From positions 734 through 64,733 of the forward strand of contig CAYZEV010000006.1 of NCBI GenBank assembly GCA_964477865.1: 64,000 nucleotides of DNA, read 5' to 3'. The number at the start of each line of letters is the position of its first letter. Positions within the stretch are counted from its first letter, which is position 1. Of the stretch, positions 45,467-55,851 are shown piece by piece. The DNA comes from an uncultured Methanomassiliicoccaceae archaeon. GTDB taxonomy: Archaea; Thermoplasmatota; Thermoplasmata; Methanomassiliicoccales; Methanomassiliicoccaceae. The notes under the pieces are model-generated. The model ran no database searches and had not been told where the DNA came from. It saw only the letters and a program-made list of their open reading frames with translations. The position numbers and the translations under genes were made by a program.

Positions 45467-47101
45467 ATGTACGGAATAGCTATAGATGTCGGAACGAGCG
45501 GAACGAGGATGCATGCGGTGGACCTGGCTTCGAAGAAGATCATTTCCACGGCGATAACTGTGAGACATCCCGTCCCCGGAGCGAACGTGATGGACCATCT
45601 CACCTTCTGCATAGAGGTGGACGCGACCCTCGCTCACCGTTTGCTCATTGATACCGCTAACAAGTTGATGACCATGCTGGACATCGAGCTGGACAAGGTG
45701 GAAAGGGTTGCGATCTGCGGCAACCCCATCCAGCTCTCCATGTTCCAGAACATGGAGACACGGGATCTCGCCTTCGTCGGCGAGAAGGCCCTCAAGAACC
45801 GCGGGGTGGAACCCCAGGCTAGAAATGCTCGGGTCATCAACGCGGTCGACCTGGGGCTGAACCTACCGGATAGGGCGCAGCTCTTCGTCCCGCCGGCCAT
45901 ACGGCATGAGATTGGCGCGGATGCCCTGGCCATGATGTACAAGACCGGCCTGCTGGAGCGGAAAGAGAACGTCCTGGTGACCGATTACGGCACCAATGCC
46001 GAGATGGCCCTCAAGGTGGGGGATAACATCATCACTGGCTCGGCCGCGGCTGGCCCGGCCATCGAGGGGCAGTCGATCAGGGCGGGCATGCTCGCGTCTC
46101 CCGGAGCGATCAGCGATGTGAACGCCGATCTGGACTGGAAGTGCACCGTGCTCGATGAGGGCATCCTACCCCAGGAGGGAGATTCCGTGGATCCCAGCAG
46201 CGGAGGCACGATCATTGAAGGGGCGATGCACGGAAAGGCCAAGGGCATCACCGGGACAGGAGTAATAGCGGCCATCGCCGAGGGTCTGGCCAATGGCATC
46301 ATCAAGATGCCGCACATCAACACGTGGGACAACAAGATCCATCTCCAGGACGGCATCGTCCTCGATGAGCATGACATCGTGGAGGCCTCCAAGACCTTTG
46401 GAGCCATGAGGGCCGGGCATTTCACCCTTCTGGAGCATGCCGGGCTCAAGTTCGATGAGCTGGACATAATGTACATGAGCGGCGCGTCCGGTACGTATGT
46501 GGATGCGCTCAAGGCCCAGAGGGTGGGTCTGTTGCCGCCCTCGTGCGGTCAGATCTTCCAGTTCGGCAATACCTCTCTGGCGCTGGCCCTCGACCTGGTC
46601 AAGGACCCAGAGATGTTGGACAGTCTACAGTCCTTGGCCAACACGGTCCGGGCCAACCACATCATGTTCGCCACCGACAAGGTGTTCGAAAAGGTGTTCA
46701 TCCAGGAGCTGGCCTTTTGGACGGAAGGCATGCCCATCGAGATGTACAACATGATGCTGGAGATCGCCGATATACAGCCGCTGCCGAGCAAGATAAAGCC
46801 AGCCAAGGTCACCAGGACCGTTCTGAGGGATATTCCTGACCTGGGTTACAAGGGCCTGAAGGTGCTCCGCGACATCGGCATATATGTGAAGGGGAGTTTC
46901 GAAGGCTGCACTGGCTGCGAGGCATGCATGAACGAGTGCCCTGAGAGGGCCATCAAGATCCACCAGGGCGGGCTCAAGGGCTTCGAAGTGGAGGTGGCGT
47001 CCGATCTCTGCAACGGCACAGCGTGCATGAGGTGCGAGCGCATCTGCCCCCAGAAATGCTTCAAGTTCAAGGAGCTGCATAAGGGACTGGTCGGGGCCTG
47101 A
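45467..47101 (+). CDS. ramA: RamA-like corrinoid protein reductive activase (ASKHA ATPase + 2x[4Fe-4S] ferredoxin domain)
   Basis: N-terminal YGIAIDVGTSGTRMH (ASKHA phosphate-1). C-terminal CTGCEACMNECP and CNGTACMRCERICP. It lies next to mtaB/mtaC. Confidence 0.7.
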   Translation: MYGIAIDVGTSGTRMHAVDLASKKIISTAITVRHPVPGANVMDHLTFCIEVDATLAHRLLIDTANKLMTMLDIELDKVERVAICGNPIQLSMFQNMETRDLAFVGEKALKNRGVEPQARNARVINAVDLGLNLPDRAQLFVPPAIRHEIGADALAMMYKTGLLERKENVLVTDYGTNAEMALKVGDNIITGSAAAGPAIEGQSIRAGMLASPGAISDVNADLDWKCTVLDEGILPQEGDSVDPSSGGTIIEGAMHGKAKGITGTGVIAAIAEGLANGIIKMPHINTWDNKIHLQDGIVLDEHDIVEASKTFGAMRAGHFTLLEHAGLKFDELDIMYMSGASGTYVDALKAQRVGLLPPSCGQIFQFGNTSLALALDLVKDPEMLDSLQSLANTVRANHIMFATDKVFEKVFIQELAFWTEGMPIEMYNMMLEIADIQPLPSKIKPAKVTRTVLRDIPDLGYKGLKVLRDIGIYVKGSFEGCTGCEACMNECPERAIKIHQGGLKGFEVEVASDLCNGTACMRCERICPQKCFKFKELHKGLVGA

Positions 47102-47517
47102 GCGGTTTAGGGGAATCGTACCGGGCCCCTGCGCCCGGTACCTAAAACATATTCCGGATCGACCAACGTGCCAATGAGGTTTCATGATGTATCAGAGCGT
47201 ACCTCATTTTTGCTCCGACTCTCCGCCATTGGTCCCACCGGGCATGATTGTCGCAGAACCCTGCAATGGACATCGGTGGACTGGACGAACACAGGGTGGT
47301 GGGTTGGCCTTCGGCCATTATATTCCGGCAAGCTCTTTTCTTGGCCCTGTGGGTCTGTCATTTTTTGATCGGGGGCCACAGCTGGAATGAGCTGGGCGGA
47401 CGAACACACGCCAGCTTCGTATCAATGCACGACCATCGAGAAGGACGCCTAGCTCAGAATAGATATAAAAAAAGTTAATTGGAAGGGGTTTGGTTTGAGG
47501 GAATCGTCTAGTTCAAC

Positions 47518-48930
47518 CTATAGCCCGTAGTTCTTGGGGTTGAACATCGGAACGTCCTTGTACGCCTTGAGGCACTGCTCGACGAACTTGGACTCCTCAT
47601 CGGGTAGGGCAGCCAGATCGGTTATCATCTTGCGGAGCATGTCCTGCTCGTGCTTGGACAGCTTCAGCTTGCCGCTCTTGGCCTCTTCTTCGATGAGCCT
47701 GGCTGCGGTCATACCGGCAGCCTTGGACCTCAGGTACAGGTCGTTTCCGTTCTCAACGATTGCCTGGCCGATCTTGTACGCGTTGTCGTAGGCCAGGATG
47801 AAGGCCTCAGGGCAGCGGTACCTGTCGGTAGCCATGTACATGTCACGGAGCAGCTTGTCCTGCTTGAGCTGCTTGGCCGTGTTCATGAGGGCGCATTCGT
47901 AGCCAATGGAGCCGAGCCAGCACTGGACGGACGATCCGCCGAACTCAGGGTGGTACTCCACCGACTCGTTGGACCACAGGTCGCACACCTGAGCGATGAG
48001 GTTACCCATCAGGTCGGCGTGCGCGCACTGGCAGTTCTTACCCTCTTGGGCACAGGGCTTACCAGCGATGGACTTCACGATCGGTCCTTCATAGCCGCAG
48101 TCCTTGTCCGGTCCGGTCGCACCGCACTCCCAGGCCACTAGGGTCCTGGCGGAAGCGATGGCACGGGTTACAGCGGAGAAGGTCCTGGGGATATCCTTGT
48201 CCAGGTAACCGCCGGCCATGAACATCGAGGTGTTGGCGCCGGCGCAGTTGGTGTCTCCTCCAGCGCGGACCTTGTTCTTCTTGGCGATCTCTACGATCTG
48301 GGGCCAGATCCATTCCATGTCCAGGCTGCCCAGGTAACCGATACCAAAGAGCCAGCCACGGATGTCCTGTCTCAGGATAGAGTAGTCAGCGACTTCCTTT
48401 CCACCCATGGTCTCGACGGATAGCAGGTCGGCGCCGTTCGCGGCTGCGACCTCGAAGGCCTCGATGGTCTTCTCAGGATAGCTGTGCTTCTTGTCCATGC
48501 CGGGCCTCAGGCCCTCTTCAGCGAGCCTCGGGTCAGCAATGGTGTGCCTGATGGACAGCGCAATGCCGTACTCATCGTGGTACTTCTGCATCAGCTCCTT
48601 CTGGCCAGCGACGACGGGCTTCTCGAACTTCTCTGGGTCGTTGACCATCTGGAAAATGTGCTCATTCTCCAGCTGGACCGCGGGGAATCCCAGGGTGATG
48701 GCCCTGTCGAGGATGTCCTTGGTGATGTAGTCTACATACTCCCTTCTTAGGGTCTCGGGGTTCTTCTCAGCGCCAGGCCGGGGGGCGAAGTTGATCTCAG
48801 GGACGACCATACCTGCACCAACGGTCTGTCCTAGACCGTAGGATACTGGGTACTTCGCCTCACCGAAGACCATCTCGTCCGGAGAACCGTATTCCATCTT
48901 GGTGTACCTCTTGATTGCCATTTTAGTCAC
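47518..48930 (-). CDS. mtaB: Methanol:corrinoid protein methyltransferase MtaB
   Basis: 470 aa. The N-terminus ..YTKMEYGSPDEMVFGEAKYPVSYGLG.. and overall length match MtaB. It lies immediately downstream of mtaC. Confidence 0.8.
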   Translation of the reverse strand: MTKMAIKRYTKMEYGSPDEMVFGEAKYPVSYGLGQTVGAGMVVPEINFAPRPGAEKNPETLRREYVDYITKDILDRAITLGFPAVQLENEHIFQMVNDPEKFEKPVVAGQKELMQKYHDEYGIALSIRHTIADPRLAEEGLRPGMDKKHSYPEKTIEAFEVAAANGADLLSVETMGGKEVADYSILRQDIRGWLFGIGYLGSLDMEWIWPQIVEIAKKNKVRAGGDTNCAGANTSMFMAGGYLDKDIPRTFSAVTRAIASARTLVAWECGATGPDKDCGYEGPIVKSIAGKPCAQEGKNCQCAHADLMGNLIAQVCDLWSNESVEYHPEFGGSSVQCWLGSIGYECALMNTAKQLKQDKLLRDMYMATDRYRCPEAFILAYDNAYKIGQAIVENGNDLYLRSKAAGMTAARLIEEEAKSGKLKLSKHEQDMLRKMITDLAALPDEESKFVEQCLKAYKDVPMFNPKNYGL

Positions 48931-48933
48931 CTC

Positions 48934-49722
48934 TTACTGCTCCTTAGCTGCGGTCAGCTTGTCCCAGTTCTCCCTGAGCTTTCTCCAGTCTGAGCCCGCG
49001 AGGGCCGCATTGGCAATCACGGGGCCCTGTATGGCCTTGGCCGCGTAGACACCCATCGGGAACGACTCAACATAGGCTCTGTTAACTGCACCGCCGGCGC
49101 AGATGAACGGGATGTTGATTCCCTTCTCCTGCAACCTTTCCGCGACCTTGGGGAACGCGGACATGGTGGTGGTCATCAGAGCAGTGCCGGTCACGATCTG
49201 GGGCTGTTCCTTCTCAACGGTGGCGACAACGTCGACTACGGCGATGTCCCTTCCCATGTCAACGACAGAGTAGCCGTTGGACTTGAGCAGAACAGCTGCG
49301 ATGTTCTTGCCGATGTCGTGGGGGTCTCCCTCGGCAACGTGCATAACAACCTTACCCTTGGTCTCACGGGCGCCCTTCATCTTGGACTCGCAGAGCTTTA
49401 CACCACGGTCCATGGCATCAGCGGCGACCATGACGTGCGGGAGGTAATAGATACCGCGCCCGTACAATTCACCGACAACGTCCATGCCCTTGATCAAGCC
49501 CTGCTCGATTACTTCCTCCGGGCTGAAATTCTTAAGCGCCGCGGTCACGTCGTCGTTCACATTCTTATAACGCATGAACACAACGTCTTCGGCGATCTTC
49601 TTAAGAAGTGGGTCCTTCGGAACCATTCTTCCTGCAAGCTCTTCCGGGGTCTCCTTCGATTCCATCTGGATATCGTACCGTCTTAGAACCCGGTCATAGT
49701 TCACACTCTTTAGGTCTAACAT
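48934..49722 (-). CDS. mtaC: Methanol-specific corrinoid protein MtaC
   Basis: 262 aa with the B12-binding DxHxxG motif (GDPHDIGKNI) and a following Rossmann-like domain. A gaggtg SD lies upstream. Confidence 0.85.
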   Translation of the reverse strand: MLDLKSVNYDRVLRRYDIQMESKETPEELAGRMVPKDPLLKKIAEDVVFMRYKNVNDDVTAALKNFSPEEVIEQGLIKGMDVVGELYGRGIYYLPHVMVAADAMDRGVKLCESKMKGARETKGKVVMHVAEGDPHDIGKNIAAVLLKSNGYSVVDMGRDIAVVDVVATVEKEQPQIVTGTALMTTTMSAFPKVAERLQEKGINIPFICAGGAVNRAYVESFPMGVYAAKAIQGPVIANAALAGSDWRKLRENWDKLTAAKEQ

Positions 49723-50284
49723 GCTCGCACCTCAACCCTATCCTCCTATAGGGTAAAGAGCATCATTCGACGCTCTCTAATTCTAGACTTTACTCCGGGA
49801 TATATGAAATTAACCGTCGATTGTAAGACAATTAACGCTAAAAAGTAAAAAAGTAGTTTTCTACTCATTCTATGGTTAAAGAATTGATATTTTTTCCGCC
49901 TGGCCAGATTGTATAGCGGCGGAGTAAAAAACCTCGATCGCTGATAGGAGAGGAATGAAAAAAATCATGGCCATCGGGACAATTTCGATGGGTCTCGGAT
50001 GTTGATCTTTAAGCAGTCGGGAGATCTATTGATTATTGATTTTATATAATCAAGGCCTTCGGCCCGCTCGATTATTAATAAACAATCACTTCAACCGCTT
50101 CGGATGACAATAGATTTCTAATAACGGGCGAGATTATTTTGTGATGGTGTCCGAGGCCGGTGGCTCAACTTTCCTCCTAAGCAATTATTTCTGAATCCCC
50201 ACCACATCGGCCTTGGACACTAAGAATGTCATATTTCTTCTGGTGTAGCAAAGTCTTTTCGTCAAGGATGTTCATGACCGCCTC

Positions 50285-51613
50285 ATGGCACTGGAGCAGG
50301 AGGTCCTAGACAGGATATTGCCATCCCCGGAGAGGCGGGAGGTTATCGACAGGAAGGTAAGGACCTTGCTGGCCAGGACGGAAGAGGAGGCTCGCAAGAA
50401 AGAGATCGGCCTCGAAGTGACCTTGGTCGGGTCGGTGGCCAAGGATACGTTCCTCCGAGAGCCAGACATCGATATCTTCCTGCTCTTTCCGGAGGGCGTG
50501 CCCCGTAGCCGCCTAGAGGCCATCGGGCTTGAACTAGGAAGAAGAGTGCTCGGAACGGGCGAGGAGCGATACGCAGAGCATCCATACATCCATGGGATGT
50601 GGGAGGGCCTGGAAGTAGATCTGGTACCATGCTACCATGTCAAGGATACCTCCCGGCTGATGTCGGCGGTAGATCGCACTCCGTTCCATACTAGGTATGT
50701 AAAGGCCAATCTGCGAGAGGAGCAAAAGGACCATGTCCGACTGCTGAAACAGTTCGCCAAGGGGGTGGGAGTATATGGGGCCGAAGCCAAGACCCAGGGC
50801 CTCTCGGGATACCTCATCGAACTGCTCACCATGCGGTATGGTAGCTTCAGGGAGGTGCTGGAAGCAGCCTCAAAATGGAGAAAGGGGACCGTCCTGGGCC
50901 TGGACGACCAGGGCGTGAGGAAGTTCAATGAACCATTGGTGTTCTATGACCCGGTGGACCGCAACAGAAACGTGGCGTCGGCGGTCTCCTGCCAAAGTCT
51001 GGCCGTGTTCATCCATGCATCGAGATCATATCTCCTTGACCCTACCGACCGATTCTTCTTCCCCCTCCCCCGAGAACCGTTGGACCTAAGGTCCATCGAG
51101 GATATCCTAGGGGAGCGAGGCACCGGGGTCGTCATGGCCACGATGGAAAGGCCGGACCTCATTGATGATAACCTATATCCACAAGTAAGAAGGAGCTTGG
51201 ACGGGCTGTGCGCCTTATTGGAATCGCATGACTTCAAGATCGTCGATCGCGCCTATCAAGTGGCCGAAGGGTTGAGATTCATCGTCGAGTTGGAATCGCT
51301 GCATCTCTCCCCGGCCCGGAGGCATACCGGACCGCCAGCCTGGATAGAGAACGCCTCCTCGTTCCTGGATCGTTGGACTCCGGAAGGAATGGGCCGGCCA
51401 TTCTTAGAGGATGGCCACTGGGTGGTCATCGCCCCCCGCCTTCATCCCGCCGCAACGGACCTGGTCCGGTCCAAGTTCTCGACCGCGGCGTTGGGCAGCG
51501 ACCTCAGAGCGTTAAAGGGACTTGAGGTCGAGGGCGGACCTAATGCAATAAAAGAAGGGAATCGAGCGGCCCTTTCCGCATTGTTGGATAAAAGGATGAA
51601 CTGGGAAGTTTGA
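50285..51613 (+). CDS. cca: Archaeal (class I) CCA-adding tRNA nucleotidyltransferase
   Basis: 442 aa with LVGSVAKDTFLREPDIDIFLLF nucleotidyltransferase motif and ..RTPFHTRYV.. Confidence 0.85.
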   Translation: MALEQEVLDRILPSPERREVIDRKVRTLLARTEEEARKKEIGLEVTLVGSVAKDTFLREPDIDIFLLFPEGVPRSRLEAIGLELGRRVLGTGEERYAEHPYIHGMWEGLEVDLVPCYHVKDTSRLMSAVDRTPFHTRYVKANLREEQKDHVRLLKQFAKGVGVYGAEAKTQGLSGYLIELLTMRYGSFREVLEAASKWRKGTVLGLDDQGVRKFNEPLVFYDPVDRNRNVASAVSCQSLAVFIHASRSYLLDPTDRFFFPLPREPLDLRSIEDILGERGTGVVMATMERPDLIDDNLYPQVRRSLDGLCALLESHDFKIVDRAYQVAEGLRFIVELESLHLSPARRHTGPPAWIENASSFLDRWTPEGMGRPFLEDGHWVVIAPRLHPAATDLVRSKFSTAALGSDLRALKGLEVEGGPNAIKEGNRAALSALLDKRMNWEV

Positions 51614-51620
51614 CCCGCAG

Positions 51621-51974
51621 TTAAGTGAACGGCGGGTTCATCAAGATTATCCAGACGCCCAGCGCGAGGAGGAAATAGAGGGCGACGTTGCCGATTATGG
51701 TCTTCTTGTCGATGTCAGCCCGGTTTATCTTTAGGGGCTTGTAAGAATAGTTGAGCACTATGGCGCCAGCAACGTAGGCAATGAACCCGACATAGTTGTT
51801 GATCGTCGCACCCACCGCAAAGGATAGTATGCCGAAAACGACAGCTATCGCGGCAGTGAACATCAGGGCCTTGGTGCCCACGATATCTTTCAAGAGAAAG
51901 GCCTTCTCGTCGAATTCTGGAGGTACCCATTCGTATTCCTCCTCCTTCTCGTCCTTTCTCTTTTTCCGGGCCAT
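51621..51974 (-). CDS. Small membrane protein, unknown function
   Basis: 117 aa with a Lys/Glu-rich N-terminus followed by three hydrophobic helices. Confidence 0.5.
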   Translation of the reverse strand: MARKKRKDEKEEEYEWVPPEFDEKAFLLKDIVGTKALMFTAAIAVVFGILSFAVGATINNYVGFIAYVAGAIVLNYSYKPLKINRADIDKKTIIGNVALYFLLALGVWIILMNPPFT

Positions 51975-52316
51975 GGGGACTCCCTAAACACAATCGTATA
52001 ATAAACCTTTTCTGAAGACGCAGCCACCGTCACAATGTCCAGATGTTAGACCATTTAGGCCATATGGAGTATAAGTATGGCGACGGTAGAGACGTAATAC
52101 AAGGGGGTCACATCACCAACCATAACCACTTTTTGGAAAATGGTGACCATCTCTAGTTCCCGTATTATTTACTGTATAGATGAGGGCCGGACCCGGGGGG
52201 GTTCGCTTTTCGGTGGCCTGTAACCTACTGGCTTGCTAACTGTGGTAGGTACTTTCAATTATCCGAGGGGGTCCTTTTATATTCAGATGGGGTTCGTGAA
52301 AAAGAAGGTGTATAGA

Positions 52317-53258
52317 ATGCCCGCAAACAGCATAGAAGGGTTGCCTGGAGTAGGACCCGCAACTGCAGAGAAGCTGCGCGATGCCGGCTATATTGACCTG
52401 ATGGCGATCGCAGTAGAATCTCCCAAGGTCCTCGCCGAAGTGGCGGAGATAGGGGAGAGCACCGCAGTGAAGATCATCGCTGCGGCCAAGCAAGCTGCGG
52501 ACGTCGGAGGGTTCGAGACCGGAGATCTGATACTTGAAAGAAGGAGGAACATCCACAAACTGACCTCCAGTTCCAAGGCTTTCGACGAGCTTATGGGCGG
52601 AGGCCTGGAGACACAGGCCATCACCGAGTTCTTCGGCGAGTTCGGCAGTGGGAAGACCCAGATGTGTTTCCAGCTGGCCGTGAACGTCGGACGCCCGATC
52701 AGCGAAGGGGGGCTGGATGGTAACGTGTTCATCATCGATACCGAGAACACATTCCGTCCGGAGAGGATCGTCCAGATGGCCACCGCCCTGGACCTCGACC
52801 CGGAGGAATGCCTCAAGAAGATACATGTGGCGAGAGCGTTCAATTCCCATCATCAGATGTTGCTGGTGGACAAGGCCCAGGAACTGGCCCATGAACTGAA
52901 TGTCCGCCTGATGATAGTTGACTCGCTCACCGCCCACTTCAGGGCCGAGTACGTAGGACGGGGCGCCCTGGCCGAGAGGCAACAGAACCTCAACAAGCAC
53001 ATGCACGACCTGCTTCGATTCGGGGATCTGCACAACTCGGTCATCGCCGTGACCAACCAGGTGTCGGCCAAGCCCGACGCTTTCTTCGGCGACCCGACCA
53101 GACCGATCGGCGGGCACATCGTGGGCCACGCTGCCACCTACAGGCTTTACCTCAGGAAGAGCAAGGGAGGGAAGCGCATAGCAAGGTTAATCGACTCCCC
53201 TAACCTTCCCGAGGCCGAGGCGGTCATTAGCGTTGGCGAAGAAGGCATCAGAGACTGA
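52317..53258 (+). CDS. radA: DNA repair and recombination protein RadA
   Basis: ATG at 52317 inside track ORF 52233..53258. Hh[18 protein letters not shown], Walker [10 protein letters not shown], Walker B LMIVDSL. Confidence 0.9.
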   Translation: MPANSIEGLPGVGPATAEKLRDAGYIDLMAIAVESPKVLAEVAEIGESTAVKIIAAAKQAADVGGFETGDLILERRRNIHKLTSSSKAFDELMGGGLETQAITEFFGEFGSGKTQMCFQLAVNVGRPISEGGLDGNVFIIDTENTFRPERIVQMATALDLDPEECLKKIHVARAFNSHHQMLLVDKAQELAHELNVRLMIVDSLTAHFRAEYVGRGALAERQQNLNKHMHDLLRFGDLHNSVIAVTNQVSAKPDAFFGDPTRPIGGHIVGHAATYRLYLRKSKGGKRIARLIDSPNLPEAEAVISVGEEGIRD

Positions 53259-53300
53259 ACGAGGAAATAGGGCCACGCCCACTCCCGGGGAGGGATCGGC

Positions 53301-54305
53301 GTGAGCCTTATTCCATATTTTTTTGAACTGTCTGGCGAGCATCCCACCCTGCCCCAGGCAGAGGCCTATGGCTGCTGCGCGGCGGAGTGCGACTATTTCA
53401 AGTTCACAACTTCCGGCCCCGGCTACGCCATATTTGGATTTGAGCCGTCAGCATTGAAGAGCATAGCTTCCCGGCTGGCGCTGACCCATCGATTGGGCCG
53501 CTATCTGGGTTCCTGCCCTCCCGCCGAGGTTGAACATCTGGCCCGAGGACTGGAGCTGCCGGACGGCTCCATCGCGGTCCGGGTCAAACGATATCAGGAG
53601 AACCATCTCGATGTGGACGCCGGAAAGCTGGCGGCCCAGGTCGGCGGGGTGGTGGCGAAGGGGAAGAAGGTCGATCTCGAGCGTCCGGAGGTCGAGCTGC
53701 GGATGTTCGTCTCCGAGCGGGTGCACTTCTTCCTGTCCGAGGCGGAGATAGATCGTGGCCAGTTCGAGAAGCGCAAGGTGGCCGAAAGGCCGTTCTTCTC
53801 TCCGATCTCGCTGCACCCGAAGTTCGCCCGGGCGCTGGTGAACATGACCTTCGTCAAGCGCGGCGAAAAGCTCCTGGACCCCTTCTGCGGGACCGGCGGG
53901 GTCCTGATCGAGGCCGCGTCCATAGGGGTCAAGGCCTATGGTTCCGACATCTCCCCGGAGATGATCGAAGGATGCATCCAGAACATGGAGCATTTCGGAC
54001 TGCCGTTCGAGAAGATGGAGGTCGCCGACATCGGGGATATCGCTGAAGTGATCGGCCCGGTGGACACGGTGGCGACCGACCCACCCTACGGGCGGGCGAC
54101 CAGCACGAACAAGGAGCCCCTGGGCGAGCTGTATGCCCGATCGCTTCCATCGATCGCCACGGTGCTCGAGAGAGGTAGCCGGGTCGGCATCGTCCTCCCC
54201 CGCACCTGCCCAGAGGAACGTGAGGGCCTGGAGCTGGTGCACCATCACTCCCAGAAGGTGCACCGCTCTCTGTCCCGCAACTACTGCATTCTTAGGAAGC
54301 GTTGA
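53301..54305 (+). CDS. tRNA (guanine-N2)-methyltransferase, Trm-G10/Trm11-like (THUMP + methylase)
   Basis: 334 aa, GTG start. SAM motif LDPFCGTGGVLIEA and catalytic TDPPYG. Confidence 0.75.
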   Translation: MSLIPYFFELSGEHPTLPQAEAYGCCAAECDYFKFTTSGPGYAIFGFEPSALKSIASRLALTHRLGRYLGSCPPAEVEHLARGLELPDGSIAVRVKRYQENHLDVDAGKLAAQVGGVVAKGKKVDLERPEVELRMFVSERVHFFLSEAEIDRGQFEKRKVAERPFFSPISLHPKFARALVNMTFVKRGEKLLDPFCGTGGVLIEAASIGVKAYGSDISPEMIEGCIQNMEHFGLPFEKMEVADIGDIAEVIGPVDTVATDPPYGRATSTNKEPLGELYARSLPSIATVLERGSRVGIVLPRTCPEEREGLELVHHHSQKVHRSLSRNYCILRKR

Positions 54306-55746
54306 CCACGTTGACAGTCAGAACCTGCTCCCTGATGGCGTCCGAGGCCTTGCCGGTCAGCAACAGCTCTTTCTGGACGATCGTTGTGGTCGGTGCCACT
54401 TGCATGAGCAGCACGGTGACCGAGGCGTTGGACTCGTGGTCCAACGCGAACGTCAGCGAGTTGGTGGCATTCTCCGCACTCCCATTTGAAAGGAACACCG
54501 AGGCGGCCCAGTCACCCGGGATATGGTCCAGGGTCAAGGTCATCTGACTATTGGTGTTACCGGTGTTGTTGATCAGTATATGGAACTCGGCGATCCCGCC
54601 GGCCATGTCCGTGGTGTTGTTCCCCCCGGCCACGCTCAGGTCGAACGAATGGTCGGGAGCGATGGTCGTTATTGGCTGGGGAACGAACGTGGCCAGCAGT
54701 ATGATCAGGCCGAGAACGCCGATGGCCTTAGTGCGGAAGCCGAGCTTGGAGATGTCATTCAATGGCGCAGGGTGCTTGAGGCCCAGTAAGAACACCAGCA
54801 GGGCGAACAGGATCCAACCGTCGAAGAACAGGGCCAGGAGGACCAGGATGCCGAAGGTCGCGTAGCCCAGGTATTTTGCGTTGTTCCCGAACAGCCCTCT
54901 GGCCACGTGGCCCCCGTCCAGCTGACCGATCGGCAGCAGGTTGATGGCGGTGACCAGGAAGCCCACCCACGCGGCGAACGCCGTGGGGTGCAGAGCCATG
55001 TTATCGGCCATCGGCACCAGCATGGCCAGAATCTGGTAGAGAGGTTGGATCATGATGGCCATTACGCCGCCATCGCCGATGGGGCCGGAGACGGCATGGC
55101 CGTTCGCGGTCAGGTACAGACCGAGCAATGCCACTGGAATGGTGACCGCCAACCCGCCCAGGGGACCGGCGATGCCGATGTCCACCAAGGCCTTGCGGCT
55201 GGGCATGGGGTCGCGCAAGGAGATGAAGGCCCCGAAGGTGCCGAAGGGCGGGATGGATGGTATGAAGTACGGCAGGGATGCCTCCACCCCGTGGCGCTTG
55301 GCCGCGATGTAGTGGGAAAGCTCGTGCACGCCCAGGATGGCCATGAGCGGGATGGCGAAGAAGACCGCCCCCATCGCGAAATTATTGACGGTGAATATCT
55401 CGGCCGCCCCATCGTAGTCGGCCCAAAGTATCATGCCGGCCAGGGTGGTGGTAATGAAGGTCACGACCAGGAGCGCCCGGTTGATCCACAGGTTGCCCTT
55501 CTTGGTCTCGGGGAACCGGACCACCGAAATGGTGTACTCCCCGCCCGCATAATTAATGAGCGGAATGTACCGCTTAGCTTTCAGGTCCCTGCGTAGGCTC
55601 TCGAAGTTCTTCTCCAACGTGCTCTTGTCCGGGCTGACCAGGAGAGTCACGGATTCGTAGCTGACCTTGACATCGTAGATGGGAAAATACTTGGCCACCA
55701 GCGACCGGACCAGCTCGACGTCGGCCGCGACATCGATCTGAGACAT
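54292..55746 (-). CDS. Site-2 protease (peptidase M50) family membrane metalloprotease with C-terminal extracellular extension
   Basis: Motifs HELSHY and NLLPIGQLDGGH. The start is chosen at MSQIDVAADVE (55746); the track ORF extends to 55824, which would leave only 27 nt to the divergent gene. Confidence 0.75.
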   Translation of the reverse strand: MSQIDVAADVELVRSLVAKYFPIYDVKVSYESVTLLVSPDKSTLEKNFESLRRDLKAKRYIPLINYAGGEYTISVVRFPETKKGNLWINRALLVVTFITTTLAGMILWADYDGAAEIFTVNNFAMGAVFFAIPLMAILGVHELSHYIAAKRHGVEASLPYFIPSIPPFGTFGAFISLRDPMPSRKALVDIGIAGPLGGLAVTIPVALLGLYLTANGHAVSGPIGDGGVMAIMIQPLYQILAMLVPMADNMALHPTAFAAWVGFLVTAINLLPIGQLDGGHVARGLFGNNAKYLGYATFGILVLLALFFDGWILFALLVFLLGLKHPAPLNDISKLGFRTKAIGVLGLIILLATFVPQPITTIAPDHSFDLSVAGGNNTTDMAGGIAEFHILINNTGNTNSQMTLTLDHIPGDWAASVFLSNGSAENATNSLTFALDHESNASVTVLLMQVAPTTTIVQKELLLTGKASDAIREQVLTVNVVNAS

Positions 55747-55851
55747 CGTTTCCCACAAACGGGCCGTCACATTTATAGTCACCGGAAACGCCCCCGTGGC
55801 TAGCGAACGCTCCAGTCGGGGCAATATTCTTTATTTCCGGGGTCAATTCGG

